A DNA stretch of 64,000 nucleotides from a virus: IMG/VR virus record IMGVR_UViG_3300021168_000355, positions 12,779 through 76,778 of that record. One strand, given 5' to 3'. The translations under genes and the position numbers were made by a program. The notes beneath the pieces are model-generated. The model saw only the letters and a list, made by a program, of their open reading frames with translations, was not told where the DNA came from and ran no database searches. The stretch's first letter is position 1. Each line of letters starts with the position of its first letter. Shown here one piece after another: positions 1 to 10,443 of the stretch.

Positions 1-1223
1 TAAATTTGATTGGAAGGTGTTACTGTTGGTGCTGCCCGCATTGTTGTGGGAAATGTATATGAGGTATAAATCATACCACCTGCAATATTATAACCAGCCG
101 TTAAAAACGCAAAGGTGGGTTGTTGATAGTATCGCTGGCAATCAAGCAAACTTTCGGCTAATGATTTCCGGTTAAAAGGTGTGGCGACGGAGCCAATTTC
201 CAATTTGACGCCTGTTATAAAGAAGGCTGAACTAGCAACGGAGACGATGCTATACGCACCCGTTGCACCAAGAAAATTGCCATTTTGCCATTGTCCTGGT
301 ATACCGCGCCAATTTGTACCACAGCCAAGGTCAAATGATAAAGATAATCCGCCACCGTTGCCACTCATTATCCACGTTCCAGAAGCATCTGGTGGAATAG
401 GAATAGTAATTTTAGTCCACGTGCTGGCCCCTGGGAGTGCAAAGGTAAACGGATATGATCGTGTTGGTGTACTGGCTGATGTATTACGAATTGATCCACT
501 ATATGTTCCAGCATTGATTGACGCCGCCCAAAACGACAAAGTGGCTGGTTGTGCGTTGGCTGTTCCCCAACAAAAGTCGCTGACCATGTCAGCTTCAATC
601 ACTTGGTAAACGTAGAAAAAATCCGTTGCTAGAGAGGTATATGGTGTAGTTGGGCATAACCACGATGTATAATTAGGAAATCCAATAGCCACCGAACCCG
701 GACCACTTCCTTGACCCCAATTAATTTTAGCGGCTTGTGCTGCGCCAAAACCAATACGATCAACGGTATAACCTGAGGCGGATCCACTAGCGACTCCTCG
801 TTGGTTGATCCGCATGTCGCCATTGATGATACGGTTGGAACCAATCATTGGATATTGATTGAAATACCTCAGAGTAACAGGATTGAATATGTTGACAGGA
901 TCACCATTGAGGACAAGTGGACCGGTTAAATTGCCACCAGACAGGGGCAGATAAGCTCCGCCTTGTTGATTGGTGGCTGGCACCCACTGGGACGAATTAC
1001 CGTCATAAAACCAAATATACATTTGACCTTTGACACTATCCCACCACATTGATCCTATTGCAGGGGATGAGGGTGGAGTATCGCCGATGGATATTGATGC
1101 GCCGCCACCGCCGCCTCCCCCAGAGCCGGGTGTGAGGGTCCACTTGACGCCATCCCACGTCCAGGTGATTCCGCCCGACGTGAAAGTTTGACCATTTGTT
1201 GGATTGGCGGGGAAGTCAATCAT
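1..1223 (-). CDS. Tail fibre / receptor-binding protein, 3' end beyond the window edge (missing from ORF track)
   Basis: Manual translation from ATG at 1223: MIDFPANPTNGQTFTSGGITWTWDGVKW...SIGDTPPSSPAIGSMWWDSVKGQMYIWFYDGNSSQW...SNRIINGDMRINQRG...GVKLEIGSVATPFNRKSLAESLLDCQRYYQ; open to position 1; paralogous to the two fibre genes at 1226-3804. Confidence 0.85.
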   Translation of the reverse strand, partial: MIDFPANPTNGQTFTSGGITWTWDGVKWTLTPGSGGGGGGGASISIGDTPPSSPAIGSMWWDSVKGQMYIWFYDGNSSQWVPATNQQGGAYLPLSGGNLTGPLVLNGDPVNIFNPVTLRYFNQYPMIGSNRIINGDMRINQRGVASGSASGYTVDRIGFGAAQAAKINWGQGSGPGSVAIGFPNYTSWLCPTTPYTSLATDFFYVYQVIEADMVSDFCWGTANAQPATLSFWAASINAGTYSGSIRNTSASTPTRSYPFTFALPGASTWTKITIPIPPDASGTWIMSGNGGGLSLSFDLGCGTNWRGIPGQWQNGNFLGATGAYSIVSVASSAFFITGVKLEIGSVATPFNRKSLAESLLDCQRYYQQPTFAFLTAGYNIAGGMIYTSYTFPTTMRAAPTVTPSNQI

Positions 1224-1225
1224 GG

Positions 1226-2296
1226 TCAAATCTCCGAATTAAACGTTGCTGTGGATGATGACCATCCACCACCCGTCGCTGTTATAGTGGCTTGTACGGT
1301 AATAGAATTAGGTTGTGCATTGTTAAGGGAAATTGCCCCCATATTGCTTACACTTGAATTGGTAAATGCTACAGTGGGTGCAACTCTCATTTGAACTGGG
1401 AAATAATAACTAGACCACATTACTCCGGGCGCCACATTATAACCTCCAATAAATGTGTTGGCTGTCTGATAATACCGCTGGCAATCTCGCAGAACTTTTC
1501 CTGGCGTCTCACGATTGAATGGTGTTGGAACATTTCCAATTTCCAGTTTGACACCAGAAAGTTGAAAGATTGCACCATTGGTGGCAACAATACCCGCTGC
1601 TCCCGCTACACCGTTTACATTGCCATTTTGCCATTGATTTGGTACAGCAGATCGGACACTAGATCCAGAGCCAAGATCAAAGGTAACATAGACCGATCCA
1701 CCACTACCAGAGTTGACCCATGTGCCACCAACATCACCTGGAATAGTTACAACAACCTTCGACCAACCAGCTGAAACAGAAAAGGTGAATGGATAGCATC
1801 GATTAACTGGTGGACCATAGTTACTGATACAACCGGAATATGTTCCTTGAGCACTGACATTAACCCAGAAAGATAATGTAACAGGTTGAGCGCCAGGTGT
1901 GCCCCACGCGAAGTCATTGACCATGTTGGCTTCGATGGGCTGGAAATAGCAAAAACTATCTGCCGCTGCTGCTGTATAGGCAGATAATGAAGTAATGGAC
2001 ATGCAACGTGGAAAACCATTTGGAGTTCCAGCAACGCTGTTCGATGTAGCCCAATTCATTTTACCGGCCACAGACATACCAAGTTTCCACCGGTCTGCTG
2101 TTATACCTGTCAGTGTTCCACTTGATCCATATTGATTGACTAAAAAATCACCATTGATAATACGGTTGGATCCTGTTGACAATGGGGGCTGAACAGCGGT
2201 GCCAGTAGCCAGCCACTTCTTTCCATCCCAAGTCCAGGATTGTGGACCCGAAGTGAAAGCTTGACCAACGGTGGGCGAGTCAGGGAAATTAATCAT
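1226..2296 (-). CDS. Tail fibre / carbohydrate-binding tail protein (NRIINGDF...CQRYY type)
   Basis: NRIINGDF and GVKLEIGNVPTPF...CQRYY motifs typical of phage fibre modules; position in the tail fibre cluster. Confidence 0.75.
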   Translation of the reverse strand: MINFPDSPTVGQAFTSGPQSWTWDGKKWLATGTAVQPPLSTGSNRIINGDFLVNQYGSSGTLTGITADRWKLGMSVAGKMNWATSNSVAGTPNGFPRCMSITSLSAYTAAAADSFCYFQPIEANMVNDFAWGTPGAQPVTLSFWVNVSAQGTYSGCISNYGPPVNRCYPFTFSVSAGWSKVVVTIPGDVGGTWVNSGSGGSVYVTFDLGSGSSVRSAVPNQWQNGNVNGVAGAAGIVATNGAIFQLSGVKLEIGNVPTPFNRETPGKVLRDCQRYYQTANTFIGGYNVAPGVMWSSYYFPVQMRVAPTVAFTNSSVSNMGAISLNNAQPNSITVQATITATGGGWSSSTATFNSEI

Positions 2297-3804
2297 TGTG
2301 CTGCCTCCAGTTGGGCAACTCTAACCCTGAGTGCCTTAATCTCTTGAAGTAGGAGTGGCACAAATTTGGAATAATCGACACCCCACGAGTCGTCTGGTTC
2401 ATGGTGATAGACAGCATCGGGGAATACTTCATTCACCTCTTGTGCCATAACCCCATAAGCGCGAGTACCGCTCTCAATCCACTCAAAATCATAAACCATG
2501 ATTGCGTCAAGGATTGGTCCAGCATCGAAGCTTTGTTCATTGGTCTTGGAACGCGCGTCCGATCCTGTGTTAAAGGACACTACGCCCCCAGCTGCTTGGC
2601 TGATCGATCCGCCTGCACCACCCCCGTAATAAAAACTTATTGCCTGTCCGGCGGCGGAGCGATTGGTCGAAATGGAGTTAAAAGCAGCAGTGCCAGTTTC
2701 AACAACCAAACCATTGCTAGGAGCCCAACTAACACCATTTCCAGAACCCAGAGCAGCAGCGCCTCTCGCTCCACCAAGGATAATAGTGCCGTCTTGGCGC
2801 TGTAGTTTAAATGGCGTGTCTATGTATGCACCTGTATCACTGTAGCGGCTGAAGGTGCAATTTGACCCAACGCTTCCACCGCTTTCAGTAGAGGTGTCAC
2901 CAAGTTGAATATTCCATCGTATGGTTGTCCCTCCCGGTGTTCCAGTATAACCAAGAATTTGATTGGCAAAGGCGCCGGGGGCTTTTGCCATAGTTAAATT
3001 TGAGCCAGTTGCAGCTGGAGCTAATAAGTAAACAGTCCCTCCATTGCTCTGGAGGAATTGTGCGCCAAGGCTACCACTCAACGTCCCACCAGTCAGGGGC
3101 AAATTTAGGGCATCACCTGCCTGCATCTGGGCTAAGGTAACTGCGCCAAAGGAAGCGGTCGCATTACCACTTAAAGTCAACAGACCAGTCATTGTTCCCC
3201 CAGTCAGGGGGAGGTAGCCGCCTCCAAATTGATTGGTCGTTGGCGCCCATTGACTTGAGGTGCCATCATTATACCAAATATATAATTGACCTGCCGTACT
3301 ATCCCACCATAATGAGCCAACAGTGGGATTAGTGGGCGCAGTATCACCTACCGAAACTGTTGTTCCACCTCCACCGCCTCCAGAACTACCAGGTGGAATG
3401 TTGACTGCGATCACCCACTGGGATGAATTACCGTCGTTGTAGAAAACGTAAAGCTGACCACCAACACTATCGAACCACAACTGCCCATTCTGGGGGTTGG
3501 TTGGCGGTGTGTCCGAGACAGTAACCGATCCACCAATAGGCGACCAATTTGCTGAAACAAAGGCTCCTGCATTCGAGGGCGCCAAAGCCCGATACATAAT
3601 ACCCTGATAAATGGCATGATCGCCAACAAAATAATTTGCCGTCGTTGAGAAATACCGAACTGCGATAAGGTCTAGGGCTGCATTGGCTGGGTTAATAACG
3701 CCGAGTTGATTATCGGCGTAATTAACATAAAGTTCTCCTGGCAATCGACCAGTTGGTCGATTTTGCGTTGTGGAGCTACGAAGTGCTTGGACTTGATTTG
3801 GCAT
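2293..3804 (-). CDS. Tail fibre with C-terminal intramolecular chaperone (peptidase S74-like)
   Basis: C-terminal SDARSKTN...YGVMAQEV..VFPDAV...VDYSKFVPLLLQEIKAL coiled coil; duplicated TPPTNPxxGxLWxDS module; LPLTGGT repeats. Confidence 0.85.
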   Translation of the reverse strand: MPNQVQALRSSTTQNRPTGRLPGELYVNYADNQLGVINPANAALDLIAVRYFSTTANYFVGDHAIYQGIMYRALAPSNAGAFVSANWSPIGGSVTVSDTPPTNPQNGQLWFDSVGGQLYVFYNDGNSSQWVIAVNIPPGSSGGGGGGTTVSVGDTAPTNPTVGSLWWDSTAGQLYIWYNDGTSSQWAPTTNQFGGGYLPLTGGTMTGLLTLSGNATASFGAVTLAQMQAGDALNLPLTGGTLSGSLGAQFLQSNGGTVYLLAPAATGSNLTMAKAPGAFANQILGYTGTPGGTTIRWNIQLGDTSTESGGSVGSNCTFSRYSDTGAYIDTPFKLQRQDGTIILGGARGAAALGSGNGVSWAPSNGLVVETGTAAFNSISTNRSAAGQAISFYYGGGAGGSISQAAGGVVSFNTGSDARSKTNEQSFDAGPILDAIMVYDFEWIESGTRAYGVMAQEVNEVFPDAVYHHEPDDSWGVDYSKFVPLLLQEIKALRVRVAQLEAAQ

Positions 3805-3842
3805 GGCTATATAGCCTCTCGCTTAACCCTATATAGGGCGAG

Positions 3843-4481
3843 TTAATAAGTTCCGCAGTCGATTATACCAGACCAGAACCCACCTTTACGACCATAAGTT
3901 ACTCCGTCTGTTGGAGCATCAGAGATACCAATGCCAGGAGCTCCTTGAGCACCTGCTGGACCAGTCGGACCAGGAATGCCTTGAGTACCCTGTATACCCT
4001 GAGGACCAGGTGGTCCCTGAATAAGACCACCATCGATCCATCCCGCTGCATTGACAGTCGTTCCAACATAGACCCACACATGACCGGTGACGGTATAAAT
4101 CAATCCCTGTCCAGAAGTCGCTTGAACAGGAGCCGGGGGATTACCGGTACTATCCCAATCCTCTGGAATTAACCCTGATGGGGGAAGGTTCGCAGGGGTA
4201 TTGGTTGAGAAATCACCGATGAGTGTTCCAACTTCACCAGCTGGACCCTGAGGTCCTGCTGTGCCTTGAGGACCCGCAGGACCTTGAGGTCCTGGCGCTC
4301 CAGTCGGGCCAGGCGATCCTGGACCCCCAGCGATGCCTTGAGGGCCGAGTGGACCCGGCGGACCTTGGGGACCAGCAGGCCCAGTGATGCCTTGAGGACC
4401 CGAGGGTCCTAGAGGTCCGGGCCCTCCAACTACTCCGTCACTACTTAGCCCAAATAGCGATGGCTTGAGAGGTGCGTTCAT
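3843..4481 (-). CDS. Collagen-like (Gly-X-Y) tail fibre protein
   Basis: Two long GPx/GxQ triplet tracts; C-terminal [12 protein letters not shown] motif. Confidence 0.8.
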   Translation of the reverse strand: MNAPLKPSLFGLSSDGVVGGPGPLGPSGPQGITGPAGPQGPPGPLGPQGIAGGPGSPGPTGAPGPQGPAGPQGTAGPQGPAGEVGTLIGDFSTNTPANLPPSGLIPEDWDSTGNPPAPVQATSGQGLIYTVTGHVWVYVGTTVNAAGWIDGGLIQGPPGPQGIQGTQGIPGPTGPAGAQGAPGIGISDAPTDGVTYGRKGGFWSGIIDCGTY

Positions 4482-4484
4482 GAG

Positions 4485-4769
4485 TTATGGCCATTGGACA
4501 GAGACAAAGTTGTGGTTTGGAAAGTCACTCGCCACAGATATGGGAAGCGTTGACTGCGGGATTACATAGTAGGGTTGACCTGGTGGCAATGCAATCGTTG
4601 TCCCATTCGCAACATTAGATGCAGGGCCTGTGGGATCAACATACAAAGGGCCAGGAGCGTTGAAGGGGTTAGACACATAGCCCCCTGACATATTAGCGCC
4701 TATGGCATTGATTGGTTGTCCAGCAGTATCTGGAGTCTGCCAAGCAAGACCTGGAACTGGAGTTGCCAT
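4485..4769 (-). CDS. Hypothetical virion protein, paralog of the N-terminus of 6013..7149
   Basis: 94-aa ORF in operon; GGYVSNP..LYVDPTGPA..HNFVSV shared with the baseplate protein. Confidence 0.6.
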   Translation of the reverse strand: MATPVPGLAWQTPDTAGQPINAIGANMSGGYVSNPFNAPGPLYVDPTGPASNVANGTTIALPPGQPYYVIPQSTLPISVASDFPNHNFVSVQWP

Positions 4770-5032
4770 TATCTTGTCTCCTCAGCAATGGAGTCTATGA
4801 GTTGAGGTTCAGGCTCAGGCACATATTCTCCAATGGGACCATAGGCCCCTTCAATTGCTTTGGCGTAGATCATTCGCCCATATTCCATGCCGTCAGTTGG
4901 ACTAGCATAGAACGAAAGTGGCATATTATGAAACACGCCATCAAAAAGTATTGCTCCTGTATGCTCAGGATTAATGTAACGGGGATTGTGGAGAGTCTTT
5001 AAATATATCTCCACCTGACCTGCTGTCAACAT
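4769..5032 (-). CDS. Tail fibre assembly-like protein
   Basis: NPRY...FYASPTDGMEYGRMIY...GAYGPIGEY resembles the N-terminus of Tfa-type chaperones; directly follows a fibre gene. Confidence 0.55.
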   Translation of the reverse strand: MLTAGQVEIYLKTLHNPRYINPEHTGAILFDGVFHNMPLSFYASPTDGMEYGRMIYAKAIEGAYGPIGEYVPEPEPQLIDSIAEETR

Positions 5033-6006
5033 TATGCAACCCTCTGATACATGTTAATCCACTCAACGCTTCCGTTGACATTGGATATAGCTGCATAGGA
5101 TAAGATTTGTAGCCAAGAGCCACCATAGTCGCTCATTTGGGTTCCTGTAAAGTTGACGGTACCCATAGTGAGTTGAGGCCACCCAGAAGTGTTTCGTACC
5201 ACATAGATTGAGCCTGGTTGCCCATAAGCACTGAACACGCCATGAGGACCCTGAGCGCCTTGTGGGCCTTGTGGACCACCGGGGCCACCCGGTCCTTGAG
5301 GTCCTTGTGGTCCTGCAGGACCTGTTAAACCCTGAGCGCCTTGATTACCTGTGGCACCTGTCGGACCAGGGGGACCCGAGACAGATTGAACGGGGTGAAC
5401 TGGTATCACGAAATTGTTATTGTTGTAATGGAATTGCATCTCAATTCCAGCAATCAACTCATTGGCAGTTAATGACGTGCCATCAAGATTGATAACAGGA
5501 TAACGAGCTAATCCATCAAAGGCTGCGGTCGTGGGTCCGGTGTTATTGTGCTGGATATAAATGTCATACTGGGCACCCTGCACATACGAGGTCGATGGGG
5601 GAAACGTATTGGATGTAACTACATTGGGAGTGCCTGTATCAACACCGCAATGGATAAGAGACCCGTCCCCTAGTTCAGCGAATTGGACCATTGCATTCAT
5701 GGCGCCCGCAGTATGCAAATGGGCGAAAATATCTCCCGCTGTCCATGCCTGCGCCTGTGTGTTCTCTTGGGCACGAACAATGGTTGCAGTATTACCGTCA
5801 CTCGATATATTGGTGACATGGACAATCTCTCGTTGGGTCCCTGTCGCTTGATCAATGAAGGTGGCAATGAATGCCTGTCCTGCCTGAGGCTGGGGGAACT
5901 GCGCCCCCGACCCCGCAGCTAGATTGACCGAGGTACTCGTTGGAGTAATCGATCCTGAAATCGTGGTGGAGTCATTATTGCCGAAGATGAGGATTGTGCC
6001 GGCCAT
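5032..6006 (-). CDS. Baseplate-attached tail fibre with collagen segment
   Basis: N-terminal REIVHVT...TIVRAQENT anchor motif; GPQ repeats; follows the baseplate wedge genes. Confidence 0.7.
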   Translation of the reverse strand: MAGTILIFGNNDSTTISGSITPTSTSVNLAAGSGAQFPQPQAGQAFIATFIDQATGTQREIVHVTNISSDGNTATIVRAQENTQAQAWTAGDIFAHLHTAGAMNAMVQFAELGDGSLIHCGVDTGTPNVVTSNTFPPSTSYVQGAQYDIYIQHNNTGPTTAAFDGLARYPVINLDGTSLTANELIAGIEMQFHYNNNNFVIPVHPVQSVSGPPGPTGATGNQGAQGLTGPAGPQGPQGPGGPGGPQGPQGAQGPHGVFSAYGQPGSIYVVRNTSGWPQLTMGTVNFTGTQMSDYGGSWLQILSYAAISNVNGSVEWINMYQRVA

Positions 6007-6012
6007 TGTCTT

Positions 6013-7149
6013 TTATCCTATAACTACATCATAGGTAAACTGGAACGGTAGCTCAAGTACACCAGATGCAACTGCCTCTGCGAATGTGGTCATATTAGGT
6101 AAGTTCTCGTAGGCAAAATAAGTTGAATCCAATTCATTGTAGGTTACCGAATTATAGGTAAAATCATTCTGGTTATACATAGCTCCGCCAGTTATAGTCC
6201 TAATACCTAAAACAAATCGGATCGTTACTTCGGAGTTAGGTCCAAAGGTAACGCTGATTTGATAGGTCTGATCAATGTTGGGATTTTTACCGTTATCCCC
6301 AATCAAGAACTTCATCACCCGCTTTTTAAGCCATTGGATGCTGAAATTCTTGCCAGATCCTTTAGAAAAATGCCATGTTAAGATACGGCGAAAAATATCG
6401 TCGTTGGTCGCTACGATTTGGTCAGGGAATAATTTTTCGTAACCATTATAAACTAAGGTATTGTATTCCGCAGTATTGTAGGGACCCAATGTCTTAAAAA
6501 TACCTGATGATAAACTGGGTCTGATCATTCCATAAAGTCCAGCCGCTACCCAATCAAGTAGCAATCCGGAAATTGGATATTGAGTATAGTTGGGAAGATT
6601 AAGTCCGTTGAACGTATCCACAATATCATTTTGCATGGAGTTTTGCGAGGCAACGAATGCCTGCAAATCATCATCCATTGAATATTCTTGGTAAAGATAT
6701 GAGGGGATTGTTGTTAGGCGCCCCGTTGGTCCCCCAGGTGGAAAGGCGCCTTGTTGGTAATTGGGTAGCGGTGTATTCTCCCCGTCTATCGTGGCTTGTG
6801 TCTTTACCAGGACAGCAGAGAACTTATGTCCATTCGACGCGGAGTTAACCCAAATACCTTGAGGAGCGGCAGGAAGGTTATAAAAGCCTCCCGGTTCCAA
6901 AAGAGTGGTTGTATTGGTTTGGTACGTTGCAGCAGGACCTGTTGGGTCCACGAAAAGATTGGATAGGGTCGATATACCCTGATCCTTTGTCGTCACTGGA
7001 TTGACAATATAGCCACCAGCAATATCTTTGGTGGCAACGAGAACAGATTGTCCAGCAATAAGAACTTGGGACGCCAATGCTCGTACAGGAACCAAAGCAT
7101 TGGCGTTATAAGGCGTTGGTACAGGCGTCGATTTAACTAGGGCGTTCAT
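6013..7149 (-). CDS. Baseplate wedge protein
   Basis: LLDWVAAGLYG and DDIFRRILTW motifs; follows the baseplate J-like gene. Confidence 0.6.
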   Translation of the reverse strand: MNALVKSTPVPTPYNANALVPVRALASQVLIAGQSVLVATKDIAGGYIVNPVTTKDQGISTLSNLFVDPTGPAATYQTNTTTLLEPGGFYNLPAAPQGIWVNSASNGHKFSAVLVKTQATIDGENTPLPNYQQGAFPPGGPTGRLTTIPSYLYQEYSMDDDLQAFVASQNSMQNDIVDTFNGLNLPNYTQYPISGLLLDWVAAGLYGMIRPSLSSGIFKTLGPYNTAEYNTLVYNGYEKLFPDQIVATNDDIFRRILTWHFSKGSGKNFSIQWLKKRVMKFLIGDNGKNPNIDQTYQISVTFGPNSEVTIRFVLGIRTITGGAMYNQNDFTYNSVTYNELDSTYFAYENLPNMTTFAEAVASGVLELPFQFTYDVVIG

Positions 7150-8621
7150 CCCGTTATTGTACCCTGTTGGACTATGGATATATTGTCTACTGTGGTATAG
7201 AAATAACTATTGGGATCGCCGTATATAACTCCTGTGCCTGGCGTTGGAAGATGACCTGATCCATCGAAATCAACGGAGAACTGTAGGACGGTTACATTCT
7301 CTGCTGGAAGAACATTGACAGTGGCATTAATAAATACAGCCTCCATATTGTATATGTTAAGGGGTGCTACACCCACATAAAGGCTATTGATGTAATCCGC
7401 AAGAGCGGGAGCGGCAGCCTGCTGCACAGCATCCGGCGACACATAGTTTGGAGAGTCAGTATTCCATGTAACAACCATTGTTACTAGTTGTTGTGGAGGA
7501 ATGATAAATGGAATAACATAATTGTCGGGGTAGCTGTTAAGGTTAACCTTTTGTAAAATAGGATTAGGGCTCATAAAGCCGCCACTAATATATTGTGGGA
7601 AAGTTGTCGTGTTCGTGGTGTCCAATGGAGTAGCAAATAATGAATCCAAAAACAATGTTGCCGTTTTAGGGCCGGTAACATTGACATAAAATCCTTGACC
7701 ATTTAATGGACCCATACCTTGTAAGCCATTAAACTTCTCCAACATTCCAGTAGACAAATTATGATTATTGGTCGTTGTTACCAATGCAGGATTTGAATTG
7801 GTGATATTAGCGACTTGAATTTCTGGACTATCTAGGGTCTGGATATCAAACAGGGCATAATAAATTGCCCATGCAACTTGGTAGGGATCACCACCACCAA
7901 CCAATACTATCCATCGACCTGAGGTAATGTTCTGGCGAACAGAAACAAGCCTTTGCACAACACCGGGAATATTCCAAAGCAATGTCTTAAGGAATCGATC
8001 CATTCCAGTTGCTGATGCTAGACCAGCAACGAGCGTCCGAGTTCGGAATGAGGTCTCATCTTCCGATGCAATCGAGGGAATACCATTAGCAGTATTAACC
8101 ACTGTTAAAGTAATGTCTTGAGGCACAGAAGTAACCAATTGTGTTACAGTCCCTGCAGGTACTGCCCAAGTTCCTGCTACCGTTGCTATAGCATGAATTG
8201 GCAAGGACTCACGATTAGTGCCAACCACTCCACCATCGGTACAAATATATTGATAAGTTCCATCTCCAACAACAAAGCCTGGAATAATAACGAAACCGGG
8301 ATCACCAATGAATATCACATCCACTGCGGTATTGGTAGCTTGAGCAGGTTGAATACCATAAACGTCAATGCCTAAATAATTCAATAGAAAGGCATTCGCT
8401 CCATATGGAGTTACTGAATTAAGTAGGTCAAGAAAGAATTGGTTGGAAACAATAAGTGCGCCAACGTCGGTTGAGGATACGTCCTCAATTAGAGAGGAGG
8501 GAAGATTTGCCGTATATCCTGGATTCGTCGCCGATACTAAGGTAAGCAACTGCTGCCTCAGCGTAGCTGGGGGCGTCGCTATTGGTCCCGAGGGACCCAT
8601 TACAATTGGCAACTGAGCCAT
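7146..8621 (-). CDS. Baseplate J-like protein
   Basis: NPGYTANLPSSLIEDVSSTD, A..AGTWAVPAGTVTQLVTSVP and ETSFRTR motifs; synteny. Confidence 0.75.
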   Translation of the reverse strand: MAQLPIVMGPSGPIATPPATLRQQLLTLVSATNPGYTANLPSSLIEDVSSTDVGALIVSNQFFLDLLNSVTPYGANAFLLNYLGIDVYGIQPAQATNTAVDVIFIGDPGFVIIPGFVVGDGTYQYICTDGGVVGTNRESLPIHAIATVAGTWAVPAGTVTQLVTSVPQDITLTVVNTANGIPSIASEDETSFRTRTLVAGLASATGMDRFLKTLLWNIPGVVQRLVSVRQNITSGRWIVLVGGGDPYQVAWAIYYALFDIQTLDSPEIQVANITNSNPALVTTTNNHNLSTGMLEKFNGLQGMGPLNGQGFYVNVTGPKTATLFLDSLFATPLDTTNTTTFPQYISGGFMSPNPILQKVNLNSYPDNYVIPFIIPPQQLVTMVVTWNTDSPNYVSPDAVQQAAAPALADYINSLYVGVAPLNIYNMEAVFINATVNVLPAENVTVLQFSVDFDGSGHLPTPGTGVIYGDPNSYFYTTVDNISIVQQGTITG

Positions 8622-8642
8622 TTATCTATCCTTGAAGACCGT

Positions 8643-8671
8643 ATTCTAGCACGAACACAAAATTGACGCAA
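8643..8671 (-). promoter_or_regulatory. Internal sigma70-like promoter upstream of baseplate J gene
   Basis: TTGCGT-N17-TAGAAT on minus strand with TGC before the -10, in one of the few gaps of the operon. Confidence 0.45.
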
Positions 8672-8675
8672 ACGA

Positions 8676-9050
8676 TTAATAGGGAACTTGGGCCGAGAGA
8701 AACGCTCCATACTTGGTTATGACCGTTACTAAATAACAAGGTGAAGGTATGCCCCGTTCATCCAAAGCATCAGGTTGCCTCGATATAATCAGGGACAAAA
8801 AATACTGGGAAAACTGCTGCTGGATTCGTGACAAATAGGAATCCGGAGCAATTTGCGACATTACCGATGCATGAGCAGGTATTCCAAAGTTCGCATAGAA
8901 GGGACTCTCTCCCAAATTAAGTTTAATGGTCTGAACGACAGTGGTTAGCCAGACCATGTCATCAAATCCATTTGCATCTGTTTCCACCATAACCCATATC
9001 TTTTCGTCGGGGAAAAGAGGGTCAGGAACTATGCGACCATATGTTCTCAT
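8676..9050 (-). CDS. Baseplate protein (gp25/W-like position)
   Basis: MRTYGR...LNLGESPFYANFGIPA; lies between spike and baseplate J. Confidence 0.6.
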   Translation of the reverse strand: MRTYGRIVPDPLFPDEKIWVMVETDANGFDDMVWLTTVVQTIKLNLGESPFYANFGIPAHASVMSQIAPDSYLSRIQQQFSQYFLSLIISRQPDALDERGIPSPCYLVTVITKYGAFLSAQVPY

Positions 9051-9955
9051 GCCGTTGTATGATCCACTATTAGACCCATTGTCACAAGGGCAGCCAACAA
9101 CGAAGCAAGCGCCGTATTACCACCCTTCGCTCCAGTTATGGTTGCGGGAAGGGTGCCTTGTATTGGAGCACCAGGAGGTCCTTGAGGCCCTTGCGGTCCC
9201 GCTGATCCCCCAGGTCCGACAGATCCTGTCGGTGTCGTTATCATTCCAGTTGCGTGCAAATCTCCAATAATTTGAACCACAGTCTTTTCAACTGGAGTTG
9301 GAATTGTTGGAATTGTGGGTGGACTTACAGTATCATCCATCGTCGTGACGGTGCTTGGAGCACCGAAAGCGAAGTTCTGGGCAACGTGGTTAATCGTGCT
9401 GGCAGCATTAGTTAAAGTTTGTCCAGCAATATGAGCAAGTGCCTGTGTTGCCTGATGGATGATATTAGCGGAAGATGTATGAAGGATATTGTTTAAGGCA
9501 TCTATGATCTGGGTAGTCTTGCCATCCGCAGATTGAGTGGTATGACCTGAAGGACCTCCAGTCACAAGGAACATGTTGGGGTCGCGCTTTGGCCACTTTG
9601 TATTGCTGATGGGTTGGAATATTGCATTTGTCAGATTGCCTCTAATATGTAAAGAGGCAGTTCCACCAGGATTTGCACTGGGTCCAGCCAGCGAGAAATC
9701 ACCCATAAGAACGAAGCCTGGATCACCAATTTGAGTGGGTTCCCGATGATACTTGGAAAAGCTTTGAGGAACAACAATCTTGGGTAGAGTGTATGGACCT
9801 GTTACATCGAAGGTCAGTTCAATGAGGTCATTTTCCTTAATTGCCGAGACATGGCAGGGAAGTCTCTTGGGCTGAACCTGATGACCATTCTGCACCTGCG
9901 TCTTGACGTAGGCGTGGATATTCCTAGTAAATGAAACCTTCTGGACGTCATCCAT
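9047..9955 (-). CDS. Baseplate central spike protein
   Basis: LPCHV...P.Q.GD.G OB-fold-like N-terminus, beta-helix-like middle, short collagen tract at the C-terminus. Confidence 0.6.
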   Translation of the reverse strand: MDDVQKVSFTRNIHAYVKTQVQNGHQVQPKRLPCHVSAIKENDLIELTFDVTGPYTLPKIVVPQSFSKYHREPTQIGDPGFVLMGDFSLAGPSANPGGTASLHIRGNLTNAIFQPISNTKWPKRDPNMFLVTGGPSGHTTQSADGKTTQIIDALNNILHTSSANIIHQATQALAHIAGQTLTNAASTINHVAQNFAFGAPSTVTTMDDTVSPPTIPTIPTPVEKTVVQIIGDLHATGMITTPTGSVGPGGSAGPQGPQGPPGAPIQGTLPATITGAKGGNTALASLLAALVTMGLIVDHTTA

Positions 9956-10443
9956 TAGGGAGACACCTCAAACGTCTGATTCCTATATACTAAAGTGGAT
10001 TTGAAATAGGGAGCAACCATATTGATAAGGTAATCAACGACACCCATAACTGTCACTTCACCTGGATCAACTGAAACTGGATAACACATCTCGGTCTTAC
10101 TAAGAGGCAATACAAATCCTGACCCATTATAACCATTCGGACTCATACTGCTAATGGTTACTTTTACCGGAGCACCAATGATAAAAGGATGCGGAGCATT
10201 TGTCGTTATCACAGCCCTCATATTTTGTGGGTCCCAAAACGCACCTGATATAGGCATAGAGGTAGGACTCTCGATCAAAGGAACCGCAGCAATTAATATG
10301 CCTCCCATTGTAACCACATTAACATAATACCGTCTAGCGGATATATTCCAAGTGATGGTGACATTATATTGATTTCCATCCAAAGTGGGAGTAAATACTG
10401 GAGCACTAACTCTGGATGGAATGAATTGATAATAGGTTGTCAT
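9955..10443 (-). CDS. Baseplate/tail protein
   Basis: LDGNQYNVTITWN...RYYVN motif; synteny. Confidence 0.55.
   Translation of the reverse strand: MTTYYQFIPSRVSAPVFTPTLDGNQYNVTITWNISARRYYVNVVTMGGILIAAVPLIESPTSMPISGAFWDPQNMRAVITTNAPHPFIIGAPVKVTISSMSPNGYNGSGFVLPLSKTEMCYPVSVDPGEVTVMGVVDYLINMVAPYFKSTLVYRNQTFEVSP

Noticed and set aside
1-2296. Diversity-generating retroelement acting on the paralogous fibre C-termini
   Set aside because: No reverse transcriptase in the window, and the paralogs differ throughout rather than only at adenines in a near-identical TR/VR pair
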